64,000 nucleotides of DNA from a virus: IMG/VR virus record IMGVR_UViG_3300045988_092551, positions 1 through 64,000 of that record; one strand, written 5' to 3'. A program made the translations under genes and the position numbers. The notes beneath the pieces were generated by a model, which saw only the letters and a program-made list of their open reading frames with translations, had not been told where the DNA came from and made no database searches. Below are positions 62,357 to 64,000 of this stretch, piece by piece. Position 1 is the first letter of the stretch; each line of letters begins with the position of its first letter.

Positions 62357-64000
62357 CAAATTTCAGAAAGATTCTGGTAAAGAAGCCTTTCTTTGAACTC
62401 ACGCCAAAGGGGTACATGAACCACGATGGCTATTGCGGGAACGAGGTGTCCGATAATGAAGACCCTCAGATGCCGCAAGATACATTGTACAGAGTGATTA
62501 AGACTCAGAAGGACTTCCTTCGTGAGTTCTATCCTACGTCCCACAAAATCTTCGACAAGGTTCTCTACCCTGACATCTGGAGAAAGAACCCGGAAGACGG
62601 GAAATGGTATGTCCAGGAGATTCAAAGAACGGCATTTGCTTTTCAGCAGGTTATTCATACGAAGCACGTTCTCCACATGACAGGTAACGATATTCAGTTT
62701 GAGCTTGCCGGTGATCCTGAGATGAAGAAACAGGAAGAGTATATTAATCTCCTTGCCAAGTTCAAGAAGGGATGGTATATGCACGATATGGAGATTCGTC
62801 ACTATGAGGCTGTAAGTTCGTACATGAAGGTTGCTGAGGCTGCTGTAGTCGGATTCTTCGATAAAAACAAGAAATTCGGTACTCGCACATTGGCTTTCGA
62901 TAGAGGAGACACATTGTATCCTCAGTTCGACCCTCTTACTGGTGAACTCGTTGTGTTTGCTCGCAAGTATTACGACTTCGACGAGGAAGGTAATGAAAAG
63001 ATTGAATGGGTAGAGGTGTGGGATGACAAGACATTCTACCGCTTCAAGAAGCAAGTTAACGAAGGCAGGGTCAAGGAGACTATCAAGAGAATTGCCAAGA
63101 TATTCGGAATCGACGACTACACTTGCGTTGAAGAGAAAGCTCACGGCTTCCCATTTCTCCCTGTTGCATACGTAAGAAACGATGACGGACCATGCTGGTC
63201 TGTTGTACAGAAGAACATCGAGGACTACGAGGAAGCTTTCTCTTATCTCTGCGAGAACAACAAGGCTTACGCCTTCCCTATAATGAAGTTGAAGGGCGAT
63301 GGTGACGACATTACCGTTGTTGGAGATACAGACGGAGCGGCTAAGATGATTCAGATTACCGATACGAATGGTGATGCTGACTTCATTAACGGAACAGACG
63401 CTTCCAATGCATTTGCGACACAGCTCAACAAGTCGTATGACCTCATCTATGAGCTTTCGTTCACAGTGAAGCCGCCGGAGCTTAAGTCGGGTGACCTTCC
63501 GGGCGTTGCCATTAAGCTGCTCTATTCTCCTGCCATCGAGGTTGCAGAGAACGATGCTAAGAAGATGCATCCGTTCCTGGATCAACTTGTTCGTATCTCA
63601 AAGTATGGTATCGGAGTTGAAGAAAACTGCATGGCCACTATGACCGGTCTTCCTATTCACGCTTGGGTGGAAATCTATGTGCATCAGAATAAATCTGAAA
63701 TAATTACGAACTTAGCGACAGCTGTTCAGAACAACTTCCTCTCAAAGCAGACTGCATCTGAGCGTTGTCCAGACTTCCCAGTTAACGATGAATACGACCG
63801 CATTATGCGAGAGAAGAAGGAGGAAGACCAGCAGGACCTCCTCATGGATATGCAACGTGCGGATAACGAAACTCAAAATGCAATCGAGGAGCAGAAAGCT
63901 ACTTTGAATATTCAGAATGGAGGTAGTGGAAACGTACGTACGGGTCGCGGAGCTGGACGCCCAAATAAGTCAGGAACCAAATGGGACGAGAATCGGAACG
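62338..64000 (+). CDS. portal protein (SPP1 gp6-like), 3'-truncated by the window end; absent from the ORF track
   Basis: I translated from ATG 62338 ('MDAIKVTNFRKILVKKPFFELTPKG...') and found no stop to position 64000. It overlaps the terL stop by 19 nt. 'SGDLPGVAIKLLYSPAIEVAENDAKK' is portal-like. Confidence 0.75.
   Translation, partial: MDAIKVTNFRKILVKKPFFELTPKGYMNHDGYCGNEVSDNEDPQMPQDTLYRVIKTQKDFLREFYPTSHKIFDKVLYPDIWRKNPEDGKWYVQEIQRTAFAFQQVIHTKHVLHMTGNDIQFELAGDPEMKKQEEYINLLAKFKKGWYMHDMEIRHYEAVSSYMKVAEAAVVGFFDKNKKFGTRTLAFDRGDTLYPQFDPLTGELVVFARKYYDFDEEGNEKIEWVEVWDDKTFYRFKKQVNEGRVKETIKRIAKIFGIDDYTCVEEKAHGFPFLPVAYVRNDDGPCWSVVQKNIEDYEEAFSYLCENNKAYAFPIMKLKGDGDDITVVGDTDGAAKMIQITDTNGDADFINGTDASNAFATQLNKSYDLIYELSFTVKPPELKSGDLPGVAIKLLYSPAIEVAENDAKKMHPFLDQLVRISKYGIGVEENCMATMTGLPIHAWVEIYVHQNKSEIITNLATAVQNNFLSKQTASERCPDFPVNDEYDRIMREKKEEDQQDLLMDMQRADNETQNAIEEQKATLNIQNGGSGNVRTGRGAGRPNKSGTKWDENRN

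Noticed and set aside
62284-63585. 433-aa minus-strand ORF in the track
   Set aside because: It lies antisense to the uninterrupted portal frame (62338 to the window end). Its composition is L/V/I/N-rich with no motif, so it is a typical shadow ORF.
1-64000. Stop-codon reassignment (as in some gut phages carrying suppressor tRNAs)
   Set aside because: Very long ORFs (2398, 2101 and 1339 aa) are intact under code 11. TAG (int, chaperone), TGA (33292 gene) and TAA (terL) all terminate sensible genes. The single in-frame TAA in the GIY-YIG gene is better explained locally.

Overview
The window looks like most of a temperate, long-tailed (siphovirus-like) phage genome from a Bacteroidota host, not chromosomal DNA. 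Host evidence: repeated TAnnTTTG -7 promoter boxes, a Bacteroides-type tyrosine integrase, a lipoprotein signal ending FFSCSS, and mostly A/T-rich leaders without Shine-Dalgarno sequences. Modules: (1) 0-5.1 kb, small accessory genes plus a LemA-like/membrane cassette behind a ~0.5 kb structured untranslated leader. (2) 5.2-9.4 kb, lysogeny and immunity: integrase, an attP-like region with a tRNA 3' fragment flanked by TTACTCACA arm repeats, a Big_2 lipoprotein, a CI-like repressor, an operator-rich divergent promoter region, a Rha/KilAC antirepressor and an excisionase-like HTH protein. (3) 9.5-10.8 kb, one canonical tRNA-Arg(CCT), five tRNA-like genes whose anticodon arms I could not fold canonically, and a 0.39 kb hairpin-rich spacer. 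(4) 11-27.6 kb, rightward early/middle genes: DUF1064-like nuclease, RecT-like annealase, PD-(D/E)XK exonuclease, an SNF2 helicase interrupted by a 350-aa intein, a DUF3127-type SSB, a NinB/Orf-like protein and many small ORFs. (5) 27.7-60.6 kb, leftward late genes: lysis cassette, unknowns, a free-standing GIY-YIG homing endonuclease split by one in-frame TAA, a moron bounded by a terminator and a promoter, a 1339-aa collagen-like tail fibre, a 2398-aa tail-tip giant, a 2101-aa tape measure, a tail chaperone with an A10 -1 frameshift site, tail tube, connectors, capsid and scaffold. (6) 60.7-64 kb, rightward large terminase and a portal gene that runs off the window and is missing from the ORF track. 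TAA, TAG and TGA all terminate long ORFs, so the genetic code appears standard. All calls come from reading motifs by eye; no searches were run. Hand-derived coordinates of non-ORF features may be off by 1-2 nt.
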